Shown here: positions 8,820 through 18,732 of the stretch, in pieces
Layout of the letters: every line of letters begins with the position of its first letter
Numbering within the stretch: position 1 is the first letter of the stretch
IMG/VR virus record: IMGVR_UViG_3300031993_000051
Strand: one strand, 5' to 3'
Length of the DNA stretch: 64,000 nucleotides
Origin: a virus
Lineage: Duplodnaviria > Heunggongvirae > Uroviricota > Caudoviricetes
The notes under the pieces: generated by a model
Seen by the model: the letters and a program-made list of their open reading frames with translations, nothing else
Databases searched by the model: none
Told to the model about the DNA's origin: nothing
Translations under genes and position numbers: made by a program

Positions 8820-9695
8820 ATGATAAATTATAATAATCCTAAATTAAGAGTCCTTAATTGTACACACTATGACATGGACGGTTGCGGTGCTTCTATTGTC
8901 TTAAAGAATTTCTATGAAGATGTTATTGTAGTTCCTGTAACTTATAACACGGAATGGAAACTTCTTGATGACATTCGTCAATATGAAGGAAAGTATGATG
9001 CAATTATTTGCACAGACTTCTATCCAGCACAGACAATCAATGATTTAAGAAAGTTGTCAACTACATTAGTTCTTGACCATCATGAATCGGTTGTCGATAA
9101 GAATAACGATACTGATATTATTATCAATACGTTATATTCTGGAACTAAGCTTGCCTATAAGTTTGTCAGTAAGTTCAAAGACGTTTCATATCTTGAAAAG
9201 CTAGTTGATATTATTGATGATTATGACATGTTTAGACTGAAGATTCCAGCAAGTGTATATTTCAATAACCTTTTCTGGGAAATGGGTCATAAGTGGTTTA
9301 CCAGACGTTTCATTACTGGAAATACAGTAATGTACCCTGAAGAAAAGCGATATTTTATCGATGCCAAGAAAGAATTTGATAAAATGTATGAAACACTTGA
9401 AATTACAGATTTAGCTAGAAACGGTGTATTCTTTGAAACAGACCGATTCCATTATGAATGTATCGAAGCACTCAAGAAAGACGGTTATAAGTGGTTTGCA
9501 ATCAAGAATAAAGGTAATATTTCTGTTCGTTGTGATGATATTGATTTAACTGAAATTTTCAAGAAACTTGGTCGCGGAGGTGGTCATGCACATGCGGGTG
9601 GAGTTCCTCTTACTAAGACAGATAATGTTGCAGAATGGGTAAGAAAAATTGAATACTTTATCGATGATTATTACATGAATATGATTGATGATTAA
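8820..9695 (+). CDS. DHH-family phosphoesterase (NrnA/RecJ-like, DHH + DHHA1)
   Basis: Motifs HYDMDGCGAS (motif I), LDHHES (DHH) and GGGHAHAGG (the DHHA1 GGGH motif). Confidence 0.75.
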   Translation: MINYNNPKLRVLNCTHYDMDGCGASIVLKNFYEDVIVVPVTYNTEWKLLDDIRQYEGKYDAIICTDFYPAQTINDLRKLSTTLVLDHHESVVDKNNDTDIIINTLYSGTKLAYKFVSKFKDVSYLEKLVDIIDDYDMFRLKIPASVYFNNLFWEMGHKWFTRRFITGNTVMYPEEKRYFIDAKKEFDKMYETLEITDLARNGVFFETDRFHYECIEALKKDGYKWFAIKNKGNISVRCDDIDLTEIFKKLGRGGGHAHAGGVPLTKTDNVAEWVRKIEYFIDDYYMNMIDD

Positions 9696-9747
9696 AAAGA
9701 AAAGGATATATTTACATATATCCTTTTTTATATTTTAAATTTTTAAA

Positions 9748-10686
9748 TTAAAGAATTTTATAACCTTTTTGCTTTAAGAATTCAACCGCTTCTTGTACTT
9801 GCCTACTTGATCTTCTTTGCATGATTTCTTGTTGGAATTTTTGAGTAAATTTCTTAAGAGCATCTGGATCTTTTATCTCTGCAGGTAATCTATCGTAAAC
9901 ACCAAGTTCTTCAGCTTTTTTACAAAGGACGTTTGGTCTAAAACGTTTAGTAATAACAAGGTCCATAATTTCATCTTCTGTTCCAGTGCGAAGAATATCT
10001 ACAACTTCAGGTTGAGTTCTAATTTCCAATCTATTCCAAATCTTTGGTTTCATAATTGGTTGGTTGAAATTGAACTTATAACTATCTTTATTTGCTCTTG
10101 ATTGCAACTGACCGATAGTATAACCTTTTCTAATTAATTTACTATGGTTTCCAGAATAGAAATCAGCAATATCGCTTTCATCTTTCCAACCTTCAATAGT
10201 TGCTTTTAATATATGTTGACGAACAGCCTTTTGAACTTCTGCATCAGGTTTAATATCAATGTCTAAGTCATTATTCGGCATTGCAACATAATCTTGAGAA
10301 GTATCTTCATCGTCTTCCTTAGGGAAACGGTTGATAGTTCCGGTATATTCAGGAATATCGATATATTTGTTCTTATACTGTTCGATTACTTCATCAGTTA
10401 AAATTTCAGAAACGAACCAAGGAACACGATAATTTTCACCCATGGTTAAATAACCAAACATCAAAGCTCGTTTTGCAAAACTATCTGCTCTTTTTAAGAA
10501 CTCACTTTTTTCTTCCCTGTTATTACCAACATTGCCATTTTTTAAGAATTTGATTAAGTTAGTAATTGTATTATGACATGCTATAAAATAACTTTTTTTG
10601 TAGTTGCTATTTTTATTTTCTTCTACAAGTTCTTTGGTTTTTGTGAGTGCTTTTCTCAAACCAAGCATTAATGAATCATATCCCAT
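9748..10686 (-). CDS. hypothetical protein with C-terminal SAP/HeH-like motif
   Basis: 312 aa. The C-terminus VQEAVEFLKQKGYKIL matches the recurring h-x-E-A-x-x-L-L-K-x-x-G-Y-x-I motif of this window. Confidence 0.45.
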   Translation of the reverse strand: MGYDSLMLGLRKALTKTKELVEENKNSNYKKSYFIACHNTITNLIKFLKNGNVGNNREEKSEFLKRADSFAKRALMFGYLTMGENYRVPWFVSEILTDEVIEQYKNKYIDIPEYTGTINRFPKEDDEDTSQDYVAMPNNDLDIDIKPDAEVQKAVRQHILKATIEGWKDESDIADFYSGNHSKLIRKGYTIGQLQSRANKDSYKFNFNQPIMKPKIWNRLEIRTQPEVVDILRTGTEDEIMDLVITKRFRPNVLCKKAEELGVYDRLPAEIKDPDALKKFTQKFQQEIMQRRSSRQVQEAVEFLKQKGYKIL

Positions 10687-10744
10687 ATTAGTTCCCTTAA
10701 TTTTATTATATTTATAAAAAATTCGGATAAATGTAAAATTTTAT

Positions 10745-10772
10745 TTACAATAACCAGAAAATTTCTATATTT
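10745..10772 (+). promoter_or_regulatory. sigma-A-type promoter (TTTACA-N16-TATATT)
   Basis: Hexamers and spacing upstream of the helicase gene. Confidence 0.35.
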
Positions 10773-10803
10773 TATATGATAGAATATAAATAGAATAAAA
10801 AAT

Positions 10804-12285
10804 ATGGTTGATATTGTAATTGAAAAATCTAATGAATCTTTTGCTCAGCTACATTGTGACGAAGAAATAAATCATGAAATAAATAACCTTTTTTCGGCTT
10901 TTGCTCCAGGTTATAGATTCAATCCAAGATATGTAAATCACCTCTGGGATGGAAAAACCAGAGTTTATTCTCCTATTACACAGTTACTTCCAATAGGGTT
11001 AGTTTCTAACCTTATGAAGTGGTGTGATACTAAGAAATATACGTATAAAATGGATTTTTTCGATGATTTTACTGATGAAATTGATAAGGATGAATTAAGA
11101 GAAACTATCAATGGATATGTAAAAAAATTCGATGTAAGAGATTATCAGTTTAAGGCAGTTTATGAAGCATTAACTAATAAGAAAGGTATTTTGCTTTCTT
11201 GTACTGGTTCTGGTAAATCTTTGATGATTTATTGCATTTTCAGATATTTGCTTGAAAAGAAGAAATTGAAACATTTATTGCTTATTGTTCCTAATACATC
11301 GCTCGTAGAACAGATGTATACAGACTTTATTGATTATGGATGGGATAATATCGAAGATTCTGTTGAATTATTGTATTCTGGTAAGAAACCAACTTATAGA
11401 TTACCAGTTTTGATTTCCACTTGGCAAAGTTTACAAACTCAAGATAAGAGTTTCTTTGATAAGTATAATTGTGTTCTTGTTGACGAGTGCCAACAGAGTA
11501 AAGCAAACGTTCTTTCAAAAATTTTGAAAGCTTCATTCAATGCAGAATATAAGATAGGAACTACTGGTACTTTACCTAAGGAATTATCTGACCAGTTAGT
11601 TATTAATTCGGTCATTGGTAACGTTATTTTTGAATTGAAATCCTCTCAACTTATCGATGAAGGATATTTGGCTAAAATGTCTGTTGCTGGTATTTTCTTG
11701 AAATATCCAGATGAATTTATTGCAGAAAATAAGAATAGAACGTATCAAGAAGAAGTAAAGATGGTCGAGGAATATGAGAATAGAAATGACGTCCTCAAGT
11801 TTATTATTGACCATTCGAAACCTACTGACAATATGCTCGTTTTATTGACTCATAAGGCACATTTACAGTCTACTATTGAATATTTAAAGAAGTTATATCC
11901 TGATAGAAATGTAAGCGAAATTAGTGGTGATATTAAAACTAAGACTAGAGAAAATATTAGAACTGGAATTGAAAATGAAGAAGGTTCGATAATTGTTGCT
12001 ACTTATAAAACTATGGCAGCAGGTGTCAATATTCCGAAATTACACAGTGTCGTTCTTTATTCTAATAGTAAATCCAGAATCCAAGTTTTACAGTCTATTG
12101 GTAGAGGATTGAGACTTCACAAGACTAAAAATAAGGTCATTATTTACGATATTATTGACGATTTAAGTTATAAAACAAGAACTGGAAAAACCAAGAAAAA
12201 TTATTGTATGCAACATTACGATGAAAGATTGGAGTTCTATAAAGAACAGAATTTCCCAGTAATTACGATAAATCGCAACATTTAA
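10804..12285 (+). CDS. uvsW: SF2 DNA helicase, UvsW-like
   Basis: Walker A GSGKS, DExx box LVDECQQ, TTGT motif and motif VI QSIGRGLR. Sits next to uvsX/gp41/gp32 as in T4-like phages. Confidence 0.65.
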   Translation: MVDIVIEKSNESFAQLHCDEEINHEINNLFSAFAPGYRFNPRYVNHLWDGKTRVYSPITQLLPIGLVSNLMKWCDTKKYTYKMDFFDDFTDEIDKDELRETINGYVKKFDVRDYQFKAVYEALTNKKGILLSCTGSGKSLMIYCIFRYLLEKKKLKHLLLIVPNTSLVEQMYTDFIDYGWDNIEDSVELLYSGKKPTYRLPVLISTWQSLQTQDKSFFDKYNCVLVDECQQSKANVLSKILKASFNAEYKIGTTGTLPKELSDQLVINSVIGNVIFELKSSQLIDEGYLAKMSVAGIFLKYPDEFIAENKNRTYQEEVKMVEEYENRNDVLKFIIDHSKPTDNMLVLLTHKAHLQSTIEYLKKLYPDRNVSEISGDIKTKTRENIRTGIENEEGSIIVATYKTMAAGVNIPKLHSVVLYSNSKSRIQVLQSIGRGLRLHKTKNKVIIYDIIDDLSYKTRTGKTKKNYCMQHYDERLEFYKEQNFPVITINRNI

Positions 12286-12334
12286 ATATAAATATCATAC
12301 ACACAAACGTATAAACAAAAGTGAGGAATAAAAA

Positions 12335-12970
12335 ATGAACTATCTATATATTGGCATTCTATCAATTGCCGCAATCATAATAATTGGCTTGGGTATCAAG
12401 CTTGCAATCACAAAAGCAAACATCAAGAAGAAGAAGGAACTTGCAGCAAAACGTAAGGAACTTCTTGCAAAGCGTGACCATGAAATCATGGAAGACACAG
12501 CTAAGATTCTTGAAAAGTTCCCGCCTGCAAATGGTCCAGATCCGATTAAGGAACCAGACTATGATAACCAGTATACTTCTGAAAATTCAGAACCGTTGGT
12601 TATTGCAGAAAAGGATGAACTTACTGAACTTTCTGAAAAGCTTGATGAAGTCGATACTCATGGTAATGTTATTACAGCTGCAACCGATAAACTTGGAATC
12701 ATTGCATCTAAGCCAATTCCGGTTGAAGGTGTTATCGATGAAGAATCCTTAAAGACAATCGGTGAAGCAGTTGCAGCACTTGAACCTAAGAAGACTAGAA
12801 AGAAGACAACTAAGAAGGCTACAAAGAAGCCTGCCAAGAAACCAGCTAAGAAAGCAACTCCTAAGAAGGCAGTTAAACCAGTAAAGGCTAAGGATATTGG
12901 TGTTACAGTTGTTGAAGAACCAGTCAAGCCAAAACGTAAATACACTAAGAAAGCAAAGGTAACTAAATAA
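12335..12970 (+). CDS. membrane-anchored lysine-rich (histone H1-like tail) protein
   Basis: N-terminal TM helix (IGILSIAAIIIIGLGIKLAI). C-terminal KKPAKKPAKKATPKKAVKPVKAK repeats. SD GTGAGGA. Confidence 0.5.
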   Translation: MNYLYIGILSIAAIIIIGLGIKLAITKANIKKKKELAAKRKELLAKRDHEIMEDTAKILEKFPPANGPDPIKEPDYDNQYTSENSEPLVIAEKDELTELSEKLDEVDTHGNVITAATDKLGIIASKPIPVEGVIDEESLKTIGEAVAALEPKKTRKKTTKKATKKPAKKPAKKATPKKAVKPVKAKDIGVTVVEEPVKPKRKYTKKAKVTK

Positions 12971-13368
12971 TGAGTGATATGGTATGTGATATTTGTGGTG
13001 AACCATTTACATCTACCCGTCATAGAGGTTCACATTATTGGAATAAGCACAAGATTAAATATTCTGAATATGTAAATCAGAATTCTGCAATTAACAATGT
13101 TATTGACGAAATGAATAAGCCAGATGTTGCAGTCCAGCAACCACAGGTTATTCAAGAAGCTAAGACAGTAAAGCCTGCAGAAGCATTGTTCCAGCCGACT
13201 CAGATTACCGAAGCTAAGGAATTTGTCAATGAAGCACCAGCAGCAATTATTGACAGAGAACTTATGAAGGAAGCTGAACGTAAGGACACAGATTTTGTTC
13301 AGACTGTCAGAAATCCATATAAGGATTTATATAATGATGGTGGTCAGGTTCTTAATGAATGGCTTTAA
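12970..13368 (+). CDS. small zinc-finger protein (C2H2/zinc-ribbon-like)
   Basis: CDICGEPFTSTRHRGSH (C-x2-C-x8-H-x3-H) at the N-terminus. Confidence 0.4.
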   Translation: MSDMVCDICGEPFTSTRHRGSHYWNKHKIKYSEYVNQNSAINNVIDEMNKPDVAVQQPQVIQEAKTVKPAEALFQPTQITEAKEFVNEAPAAIIDRELMKEAERKDTDFVQTVRNPYKDLYNDGGQVLNEWL

Positions 13369-13391
13369 AAATTAAATAAAAAATACAAATA

Positions 13392-13426
13392 AATGTTTCC
13401 AAACGCAAAAATTTGGAAACATTTTT
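13392..13426 (+). terminator. intrinsic terminator
   Basis: atgtttccaaa-cgcaaaaa-tttggaaacat hairpin followed by TTTTT, then a TATATTTA -10-like box. Confidence 0.55.
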
Positions 13427-13543
13427 CTATATTTATTTATATAAATAAACTAGTTGATAATAATAAAATGATGAAGATTGGGCGTGGATTTTCATCAATT
13501 ATCAATGGAAAGCGCATGACGATGAATAATAAGGAAGATAAAT

Positions 13544-14674
13544 ATGGCAAATAAATTACTTGCGAAGATGAAGAAGGATAAGGCTTTTGTAGATTTGTTA
13601 ACTACAGAAAAGAAGCCGATTGAATGGTTAAGTACCAACTGTATCTCAGTAAACTTATTGCTTTCTGGTAAAATCAGAGGTGGTATTAAGAAAGGCTCAA
13701 TCAGTATGATTGCAGCAGGTTCTGGCTGGGGTAAATCTATGATTGGTTATGCGGTTCTCAAGTCCGCTCAGGATTCTGGTATGAACTGCTTTATTATCGA
13801 CACAGAAAACAGTGTCAACTATGAATTGCTTACAAAACTTGGTATTGATATGAAGGAAGTCGGTGTTTTCGGTCCGACAAACCTTATTCCAGCAATTAAG
13901 CAATTTATTATTAAGCTGGCTGATGGTCAGACTTTGGAAGAAAGACGTAATACCTTTATTTTGTTTGACTCTTGGGGCCCACTTGTTACCCAACAGTCTG
14001 TTGATAAGGGTGCAGAAGGTAGTTCCGCTGCTGATATGGGTAGCACTCCAAGATTCAAGAACGAACTTGCTAACCATTTGCTCGGTGCTGGTTTTACTAC
14101 TCTCGTTATGAACCACGTCTATGCTTCTCTCGAAATGTATGGTGATCCGTATAAGATTCCAGGTGGTATGAGACTTATCTTTAATGCTGATTCCATTATG
14201 CTTGGTTCTAGTGCTAAGAAGGAAAAGGATAAGGAAAAGAATATTCTCGGTAAGATTATTACTGCAGGTGTTGCAAAGGGTCGTTCTGCTAAGGAATTCG
14301 TTAAGACACAATATCTTATCTTGCATGCTGGTGGTATTTCTCCATATTACGGTTTGCTTGATGAAGCCATGGAATCTGGTTGTGTCTTCAAGCCGAAGCC
14401 GGGATATTATGCTAGAACTGATTATGACGTCGATAAGGAAACTGGCGAAGTCACTAAGCAGTGGAGAGAAACAGAACTTTATTGCGCACAATTCTGGATT
14501 CCATTATACAAGGATGAAAAGTTCAGACATTATGTAGAAAATAAGTTCGCATTCGAAGATCAGGTTCTTATTTCTTCTAACCAGGACGTCATGAAAATGC
14601 TCAATGGTGAACAGGAAATCGTTGATGATGCTCCAGAAATTATTGATTCTGAAGAGTATGAAGACGAAGAATAA
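13544..14674 (+). CDS. uvsX: UvsX (RecA-family) recombinase
   Basis: P-loop AAGSGWGKS. Aligns by eye along the whole length with T4 UvsX (LSGKIRGG..., VFKPKPGYYARTDYDVDKETGE..., FWIPLYKDEKFRHYVENKF). Acidic C-terminal tail. SD AAGGAAG. Confidence 0.85.
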   Translation: MANKLLAKMKKDKAFVDLLTTEKKPIEWLSTNCISVNLLLSGKIRGGIKKGSISMIAAGSGWGKSMIGYAVLKSAQDSGMNCFIIDTENSVNYELLTKLGIDMKEVGVFGPTNLIPAIKQFIIKLADGQTLEERRNTFILFDSWGPLVTQQSVDKGAEGSSAADMGSTPRFKNELANHLLGAGFTTLVMNHVYASLEMYGDPYKIPGGMRLIFNADSIMLGSSAKKEKDKEKNILGKIITAGVAKGRSAKEFVKTQYLILHAGGISPYYGLLDEAMESGCVFKPKPGYYARTDYDVDKETGEVTKQWRETELYCAQFWIPLYKDEKFRHYVENKFAFEDQVLISSNQDVMKMLNGEQEIVDDAPEIIDSEEYEDEE

Positions 14675-14697
14675 GAAAAAATCTAAATAAAAATTAA

Positions 14698-14724
14698 AGG
14701 TAACTGTCGCCAGTTACCTTTTTT
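14698..14724 (+). terminator. intrinsic terminator
   Basis: aggtaactg-tcgc-cagttacct followed by TTTTT, immediately followed by TATATTTG. Confidence 0.55.
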
Positions 14725-14783
14725 CTATATTTGCATAAAAATGATTACGATTATCCTGGTATATATAAGGATAAAGGTAAAAA

Positions 14784-16163
14784 ATGACTGATATTGAATT
14801 TGAACAAATAATTATTAAGACAATTTATGCAAATCCTGAAGTTTCTGGTAAGATAATTCCAGAACTTGATACTGGTTGGTTCACAAATGTTGACCACAAA
14901 TACATCGTTAATGCCATTTTGGAATATAATTCTAAGTTTTCTGCAGTTCCTAATGCGATTGAAGTTAAAAGACTTTTGTCTGATCAGAGAACAGTAGATG
15001 AATTCGAAAAGTGCATGTCTATTAACGATGCAGATGTTAATACACCATATATTCTTGATGAAATTCAGAATTTCATTAGAAAACGTTTAGGTAGACAAGT
15101 ATGTATGGATTATAACGAATATTGTTCTACAGGTAAGTCTAAAGGTAGTTTTGCTGATGAAATGGCTTATGCTGAAACATTTACGTTTGATACCAAGGTT
15201 GGTTTCTCATTCTTCGAAGAACCAGAAGTAATCTTTAATGACATTATTACTAATGAAAGATTATATCCTACTGGTTGTAGAGCAATCGATGAAATGATTG
15301 GTGGTGGTTTACATCCTAAGTCTATTTCTTTGATTATGGCTCCTACCAACGTTGGTAAAACTTTGTTTATGTGTTCTATCGCATCTGCATTATTACTTGC
15401 AGGTTTGAGAGTTCTTTATGTTTCATTCGAAGACTCTGAAGTTAAGATTGGTCAAAGAATCATGCAGAATTTGTTTGATATTAACCAAACAGAACTTAGA
15501 GCTTTGTCTAAGGATGCATATAAGAAGCTTTGGATGAAGAATACACAACAGATTGGTCATAATAAGCTTGTTATTAAGGAATATTCAGAAGGTTGTATTA
15601 ATGCACTTGCATTGAAGGCATTGATTAGAGAACTTAGAGACAAGCGTGGTTTCGTTCCTGATGTATTGATTGTTGACTATATCGGATGTATGATTCCTAA
15701 TGGACGACCAAATGCAAATGAAAACGATAACTCCAAGTTAAGAGAAATTTGTGCTCAGGTTAGAAGTATTGGTATGGAAATGGATATTCCAGTTCTTTCT
15801 GCAGCACAGTCTAACAGAGGTGGTTATGGTAAGGGTGAAATTGGACTTGATGATGCAGCTGACTCTTTCGGTCAGACAATGAAGGCAGACGTTATCTTTG
15901 GTGTTACTCAGTCTCCAGAACTTAAGGAAGGAAGTATGTATCTGGTTAAGCTTCTGAAGACCAGATATGGTCAACCAAAGTGTCCATTAGCTACGATTGG
16001 TGTCGATATTGGTAAACAGCGTATTTTTGACTTGAAGACATTTAATAATGCTGCAGTTCCAACACAAGGTGCCAATATATTTAATCAACCACAAGAGCAA
16101 CAATCTGTTTCTGCTTCTAATATTGAAGTAACACAGAATAATTTAAACACTTTTGAATTTTAA
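14784..16163 (+). CDS. replicative DNA helicase, DnaB/gp41-like
   Basis: Walker A APTNVGKT, Walker B LIVDYIG, and the DnaB-family H4 motif SAAQSNRG. Confidence 0.85.
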   Translation: MTDIEFEQIIIKTIYANPEVSGKIIPELDTGWFTNVDHKYIVNAILEYNSKFSAVPNAIEVKRLLSDQRTVDEFEKCMSINDADVNTPYILDEIQNFIRKRLGRQVCMDYNEYCSTGKSKGSFADEMAYAETFTFDTKVGFSFFEEPEVIFNDIITNERLYPTGCRAIDEMIGGGLHPKSISLIMAPTNVGKTLFMCSIASALLLAGLRVLYVSFEDSEVKIGQRIMQNLFDINQTELRALSKDAYKKLWMKNTQQIGHNKLVIKEYSEGCINALALKALIRELRDKRGFVPDVLIVDYIGCMIPNGRPNANENDNSKLREICAQVRSIGMEMDIPVLSAAQSNRGGYGKGEIGLDDAADSFGQTMKADVIFGVTQSPELKEGSMYLVKLLKTRYGQPKCPLATIGVDIGKQRIFDLKTFNNAAVPTQGANIFNQPQEQQSVSASNIEVTQNNLNTFEF

Positions 16164-16175
16164 TGAAGGTAACTT

Positions 16176-16556
16176 ATGATAAACGTATCAGACTTATCAG
16201 TAAATGAGGAAGTAACAGAATCTGAGAGCAAAGATTCTTTTTACAAGCGACTTAAAGCCGCTGGTATAGACTTTGACGACATCGATTCTGATTCCAGATT
16301 ACCTAAATATATGATTAAGGTAATCAAGAATGAACCCAAGGAATATAATAAGTTCAATAATGTTCTTTATAAGCTTAATAAGGATAAGATTGTTACTATT
16401 GTCGATTCTATGGCCTATTTGGTCGAGGATTGGTTTGAACCCAATATCTTGATTAAGTGTTTAGACGAAATGAACTATTATTCCCTTATGAACGGGTTAA
16501 AAAAGAAGTATTTAGTAGATAGAAGTTCATCTGATTTAGAAAATTTCTTTGTCTAA
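16176..16556 (+). CDS. hypothetical protein
   Basis: 126-aa ORF translationally coupled to its flanking genes. Confidence 0.4.
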   Translation: MINVSDLSVNEEVTESESKDSFYKRLKAAGIDFDDIDSDSRLPKYMIKVIKNEPKEYNKFNNVLYKLNKDKIVTIVDSMAYLVEDWFEPNILIKCLDEMNYYSLMNGLKKKYLVDRSSSDLENFFV

Positions 16557-17190
16557 TATGGTTGATAAATATCAAATTTATATGCTGTATAAAACCGTTA
16601 AGAAAATGTGGAATGCAAAACGGTTTAATACAGCAGTTTTTAACGATTTTTTTGATGATACTTTAGAGAACTATCTAATTTCTCAGTATATACATGAAAG
16701 TCCTAGAGTAGAATATATGGCAAATTACGGAATTAAGCTCGTAAATGAGATTAATTGCGGTTTAATTGATGTTGAACATTGGTTAATGTATGTCATGATG
16801 AAGTGTCTTTGTGACAAAAAATGTCCCGAAATGCCCGAAATAAATTCTATAAATAAATTAAAGGACAACATGATTTTCAAAAAACGTCCTATTATAGATT
16901 CTCAAATCAAGCTTATTCAGAGTTTAATTGCTGAGAAAGGTTCTGGTTTGAATGAATTTATGGACACAAGATTCTCTTTGTATGATCTGGACGCGAATCA
17001 AGAAAATCAAGCCTACAAAATGTATAGTATAAGCCAGTTGGATCCTGAGTTTTACATCCAGGGTTTTAAGGCAGGGAAGTTTAAAATAGATATGGACAAG
17101 ATTAAGAGTATTGATTACAAAAGATTTATAATGTTTACAAAGATGATATTAAAATTAAATCAAGAAATATCAGATAAAAATGTAAACTGA
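16549..17190 (+). CDS. hypothetical protein (in the position of the gp59 helicase loader)
   Basis: 213 aa immediately upstream of the gp32-like gene, as gene 59 is in T4. No sequence similarity recognised by eye. Confidence 0.3.
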   Translation: MSNMVDKYQIYMLYKTVKKMWNAKRFNTAVFNDFFDDTLENYLISQYIHESPRVEYMANYGIKLVNEINCGLIDVEHWLMYVMMKCLCDKKCPEMPEINSINKLKDNMIFKKRPIIDSQIKLIQSLIAEKGSGLNEFMDTRFSLYDLDANQENQAYKMYSISQLDPEFYIQGFKAGKFKIDMDKIKSIDYKRFIMFTKMILKLNQEISDKNVN

Positions 17191-17272
17191 TAGAAACGTA
17201 AAATTATGTTTCTATATTTAGAGCGTCAATTGAATGGTCAATTGGGATAAAAACAAAAGGATAAAATAAATT

Positions 17273-18340
17273 ATGCCAATAAAGAGAAATAACTTGAACG
17301 CACTTTATAGTGCAATGGATAACCTTAACATCGGTAAGAAAGACAACAAGCAGAAGTCATACGAAATCGAAGGCTTATTTAAGCCAAAGATGGGTGCTGA
17401 CGGTAAGTTTACTGTTGTTCTTAGATTCCTTCCAGCACACCCAGACGAGGAAATTCCTTGGGTAGAAAACCGTTCTCACATGTTCCAGCTTTCTAATGGT
17501 GCATGGTTCGGTTGTGACTGTGCTAAGAAGTGGAATGAACCATGTCCGATTTGTGATTATAACGCAAAGATTTGGAATAAGTATGGTAGAACCGATGAAG
17601 CTCGTTCCCGTGTAAAGGATAAGTGGAAGCCAAAGTTCTATTCTAACGTTTATATCGTTAAGAATCCGAATGCTCCAGAAACAGAAGGTCGTGTTTATCG
17701 TCTTGAATATGGTCGTGCAATCATGAAGATGATTCAAGATGCAATGGCTGATAAGGATGATGCCGAACTTGGTGTAATTCCAGGTATTAATCCGTTCTCC
17801 TGGTGGGGTCCGAACGATAAGGCAGTTCTTGCTGGTGATGATAAGGCTGGTGCAAACTTTGTTTGGGAAGGCGTTAAGGGTTCTAACGGTCCTAACTACT
17901 CTAGCTCTCACTTTAGCAATCCTCGTAGAATGTGCAAGCTTGGTCAGGATGGTAAGCTCGTCGAAATGACTGATGCAGAACTTGATGTCGTTGAATCTCA
18001 GCTCTTCACATTGAAGGATATTGAAAAGCAGAAGGATCAGCTCCGTTCTTACGAAGACATTCTTAAGTTCTACAAGACCAAGAGTGGTGAAGATTTGTTT
18101 GCAGAATTTGAAGATGGAACTGATTATACTGCAACTGTCAATACAGGTAAGACTGTAGAAGCTGATGATGACGATATGTTTGAATCAACTCCGAAGAAGA
18201 CTGCAGAAGTTCCAATGGAAAAGGAAGTTCCTACTGAACCGCTTTTCGAACCAGAATTTGAAGCAACAAAGCCAACAACTTCTAGTGTCGAAGCAGCGGA
18301 AGATGAAGAAGACTTCTTTGCAAGACTTGCAAATGGTTAA
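17273..18340 (+). CDS. gp32-type single-stranded DNA-binding protein
   Basis: VVLRFLPAHPDE, zinc site CDCAKKWNEPCPICDY, and YIVKNPNAPETEGRVYRLEYGRAIMKMIQDAM closely match T4 gp32. Acidic C-terminal tail. GC-richer codon usage. Confidence 0.85.
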   Translation: MPIKRNNLNALYSAMDNLNIGKKDNKQKSYEIEGLFKPKMGADGKFTVVLRFLPAHPDEEIPWVENRSHMFQLSNGAWFGCDCAKKWNEPCPICDYNAKIWNKYGRTDEARSRVKDKWKPKFYSNVYIVKNPNAPETEGRVYRLEYGRAIMKMIQDAMADKDDAELGVIPGINPFSWWGPNDKAVLAGDDKAGANFVWEGVKGSNGPNYSSSHFSNPRRMCKLGQDGKLVEMTDAELDVVESQLFTLKDIEKQKDQLRSYEDILKFYKTKSGEDLFAEFEDGTDYTATVNTGKTVEADDDDMFESTPKKTAEVPMEKEVPTEPLFEPEFEATKPTTSSVEAAEDEEDFFARLANG

Positions 18341-18413
18341 ATTTTAGTTCTCCGAAATAAAAAATGTAAAACATAAGATGTAAAAGTCTTATGTTTTATT
18401 TTAGGATTTTATT

Positions 18414-18731
18414 ATGACAAAAAAGACAGAAACAAAAACAAAGAAAGTTGATTTACAGAGAGCTAAGGATATTGCAGAAGTAATTGGTGCTCTTTCACAG
18501 TTTACACCGAGATTTGATACTGAAAATATTCCGCTCTTTTCAAGAAGATTTCTTCTCAAGAACTTACTTGGTTTTACAGAAGAAGAATTAGAAGAAAATG
18601 ACATTCTCATTAATGATGAATCTAATGCAATTCTTAAGTCATTAGAATATATGAGAGGTCCAGCAAATCAGGAAACTCCTGAAGTTGTAACAAAAACAAA
18701 AACTAAAAAGCCAACAACAAAGGTAAATTAA
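18414..18731 (+). CDS. hypothetical protein
   Basis: 105-aa ORF. Confidence 0.4.
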   Translation: MTKKTETKTKKVDLQRAKDIAEVIGALSQFTPRFDTENIPLFSRRFLLKNLLGFTEEELEENDILINDESNAILKSLEYMRGPANQETPEVVTKTKTKKPTTKVN

Positions 18732-18732
18732 A

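Noticed and set aside
12384-13023. Alternate-frame and antisense ORFs (12384..12752 +, 12658..13023 -, 12749..13006 -) overlapping the lysine-rich gene
   Set aside because: They are low-complexity translations of the AAG/AAA-rich coding strand. They lack SD or promoter context and overlap a gene with clear features.
13697-14537. Antisense or alternate ORFs inside uvsX (13697..14491 -, 13863..14111 +, 14184..14537 +)
   Set aside because: The uvsX frame aligns convincingly to T4 UvsX. The others are open by chance.
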